This document shows, one piece after another, positions 17,891-19,190 of a DNA stretch of 19,190 bases. The stretch's first letter is position 1. Each line of letters starts with the position of its first letter. Below the pieces are notes generated by a model. That model did no database searches, was not told where the DNA came from, and saw only the letters and a list, made by a program, of their open reading frames with translations. Both the position numbers and the translations under genes were made by a program. The DNA is from Octopus sinensis (Eukaryota): NCBI RefSeq assembly GCF_006345805.1, contig NW_021824329.1, positions 1 through 19,190 of the forward strand, read 5' to 3'.

Positions 17891-18299
17891 ATAAAAAAAA
17901 TTTCCCCACCGTCATTGCATTCGTAAATAAGTTTGAAAACTATATATTTCTATGCATGTCGTTGCCGTATTTGCCAACATAAAAGAGACACCGGTATATT
18001 AAGATGCACATCCAACTGAACAGAGGATATTCAAGAGAGAGAGAGAGAGTTTTTACTGCATTAGAGTTTATGGAAAGCACAATTTCCATCATACAGGGTG
18101 TTCGGGCTACATTTTGACGACTTTTGTGTCCCCTTTTTTCACGTACAGCTTGATGTATTAGCGAACAGTCAACGGGTTTTATAGAGTATAAAGATTAAAG
18201 TTGTAGTTGAAAGTTAGCAGAGGTGGAGAACTGGAAGATATTTGAATATTGGAAAAAAAAAAAAATGATACGTATATCATGGTTTGCGCTTGGTATCAA

Positions 18300-18824
18300 A
18301 ATGCCGACAACATGACTGCTGTTCAATGCTCTGGACACTGTAAAAACTGTAAGATGTGGCATGGGCAGCTGCAACAGAGACTACAAAACCATGGCCTGTA
18401 GGTCTTTGGGCGTGTCTTCAGTCATGCCGCCTCACAACTTTGAATAAGACCTTGGGCACAATTCAGTCGCCCATGTGAAGCTGCTGGCGACTGTGGTCAA
18501 ACCCTTGCTGGAAGGAGTTGCTGCTGGAAGGCAAGTGTGTGGCTGTAGGATTCGGCTCCTTGCCATACTTCTGGAAAGAGTCAGAAGTTGTTGGAGAATT
18601 TCTACGGCTTCACTAACCTCAATTCCTTCGATTGTAATCTCATGGATTACTATGCGTGGGACGCAGGTGAGAACGACACCAACCACTCAACCGCCAACAC
18701 TAAGGCCGAGTCGGTGGCCAAGATCAAGAAGAACGCATGTACCAGGTTCCGGAGCAGTTTCGAGGACATGGTGGAAGCCGAGAGCGGCTACCTTGAGCAA
18801 ACTTATCTCCCTGTCATAATCTAG
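18300..18824 (+). pseudogene. Degraded maT/DD37D transposase
   Basis: Frames give VMPPHNFE*DLGHNS..VKLLATVVKPLLEGVAAGR / VWL*DSAPCHTSGKSQK..ENFYGFT..NSFDCNLMDYYAW..ACTRFRSSFEDMVEAESGYLE. There are stops, frameshifts and a large deletion near 18395 that removes the first catalytic D. Confidence 0.88.
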
Positions 18825-18862
18825 GTGATCGTTTTGATTAAAAAAAAAAAAAATTTCATTTC

Positions 18863-18997
18863 GGCGCAGCGAGGCTCTGGTAAGAAGGTTCCAGATTCAG
18901 TCCCACTGCATGGCACCTTGGGCAAGTGTCTTCTATAGCCTCGGACAGAACAAAGCCTTGTGAATAGATTTGGTAAGCGGCAACTGTAAGAAGCCCG

Positions 18998-19044
<47 letters not shown>

Positions 19045-19098
19045 CTCTCCCACCATCGCTTGACAACCTCAAATGACTGAAGCAAGTAAAGGAATAAA
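18863..19098 (+). mobile_element. Composite SINE (B + (TG)n + internally deleted C) inserted in the maT element
   Basis: GGCGCAGC..GGTAAGAAG..GGCACCTTGGGCAAGTGTCTTC..(TG)n..CCACCATCGCTTGACAACC|AAATGACTGAAGCAAGTAAA. Confidence 0.88.
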
Positions 19099-19190
19099 CG
19101 AATTTTTAGACGGGATATTGTATTTTCTCTTCTTTTTATGCAAATTATCAAAGTTAGTCCAAACATCCTGTAAGATTCGGATTGACTTTT

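Larger units (their letters stand above)
18094..19170 (+). mobile_element. Internally deleted IS630-Tc1-mariner transposon, DD37D (maT)-type, with both TIRs and TA duplications
   Basis: Left end TA(18092-93)-CAGGGTGTTCGGGCTACATTTTGA; the right end reads TA(19171-72)-CAGGATGTTTGGACTAACTTTGA on the minus strand; a transposase relic lies between them. Confidence 0.85.

Noticed and set aside
17890-18090. Searched as a possible upstream ZP exon (minus-strand acceptor-like TCCTCTGTTCAG)
   Set aside because: The frames close quickly, there is no ZP-like sequence and no good donor.

Overview
AT-rich, repeat-dense animal genomic DNA. The SINE families and microsatellite load suggest an octopus or other coleoid cephalopod (inference from recalled repeat consensuses, no database search run). 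The only convincing host coding sequence is one minus-strand terminal exon (16041-16580). It encodes the C-terminal part of a zona pellucida (ZP) domain protein of the molluscan VERL/VEZP-like type, and its upstream exons appear to lie beyond the window. The rest is mostly tRNA-derived SINEs of three or four families, microsatellites, the 3' end of an RTE-like LINE with two C2H2 fingers, a three-level nested insertion (repeat > hAT-Charlie-like MITE > SINE), and an internally deleted DD37D/maT transposon with both TIRs and TA duplications. Almost all ORFs in the track are microsatellite or SINE artefacts. The signals these features do not explain are RNA-structural: five hammerhead-ribozyme-like motifs in different states of decay (2339-2396 +, 8284-8323 -, 11034-11052 -, 17262-17326 -, 17574-17615 -), a pre-miRNA-like hairpin whose non-Watson-Crick pairs are all G-U on the + strand (7516-7590), and several long inverted repeats between 6.5 and 8.9 kb. 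Most repeat boundaries are approximate to within about 10-20 bp.
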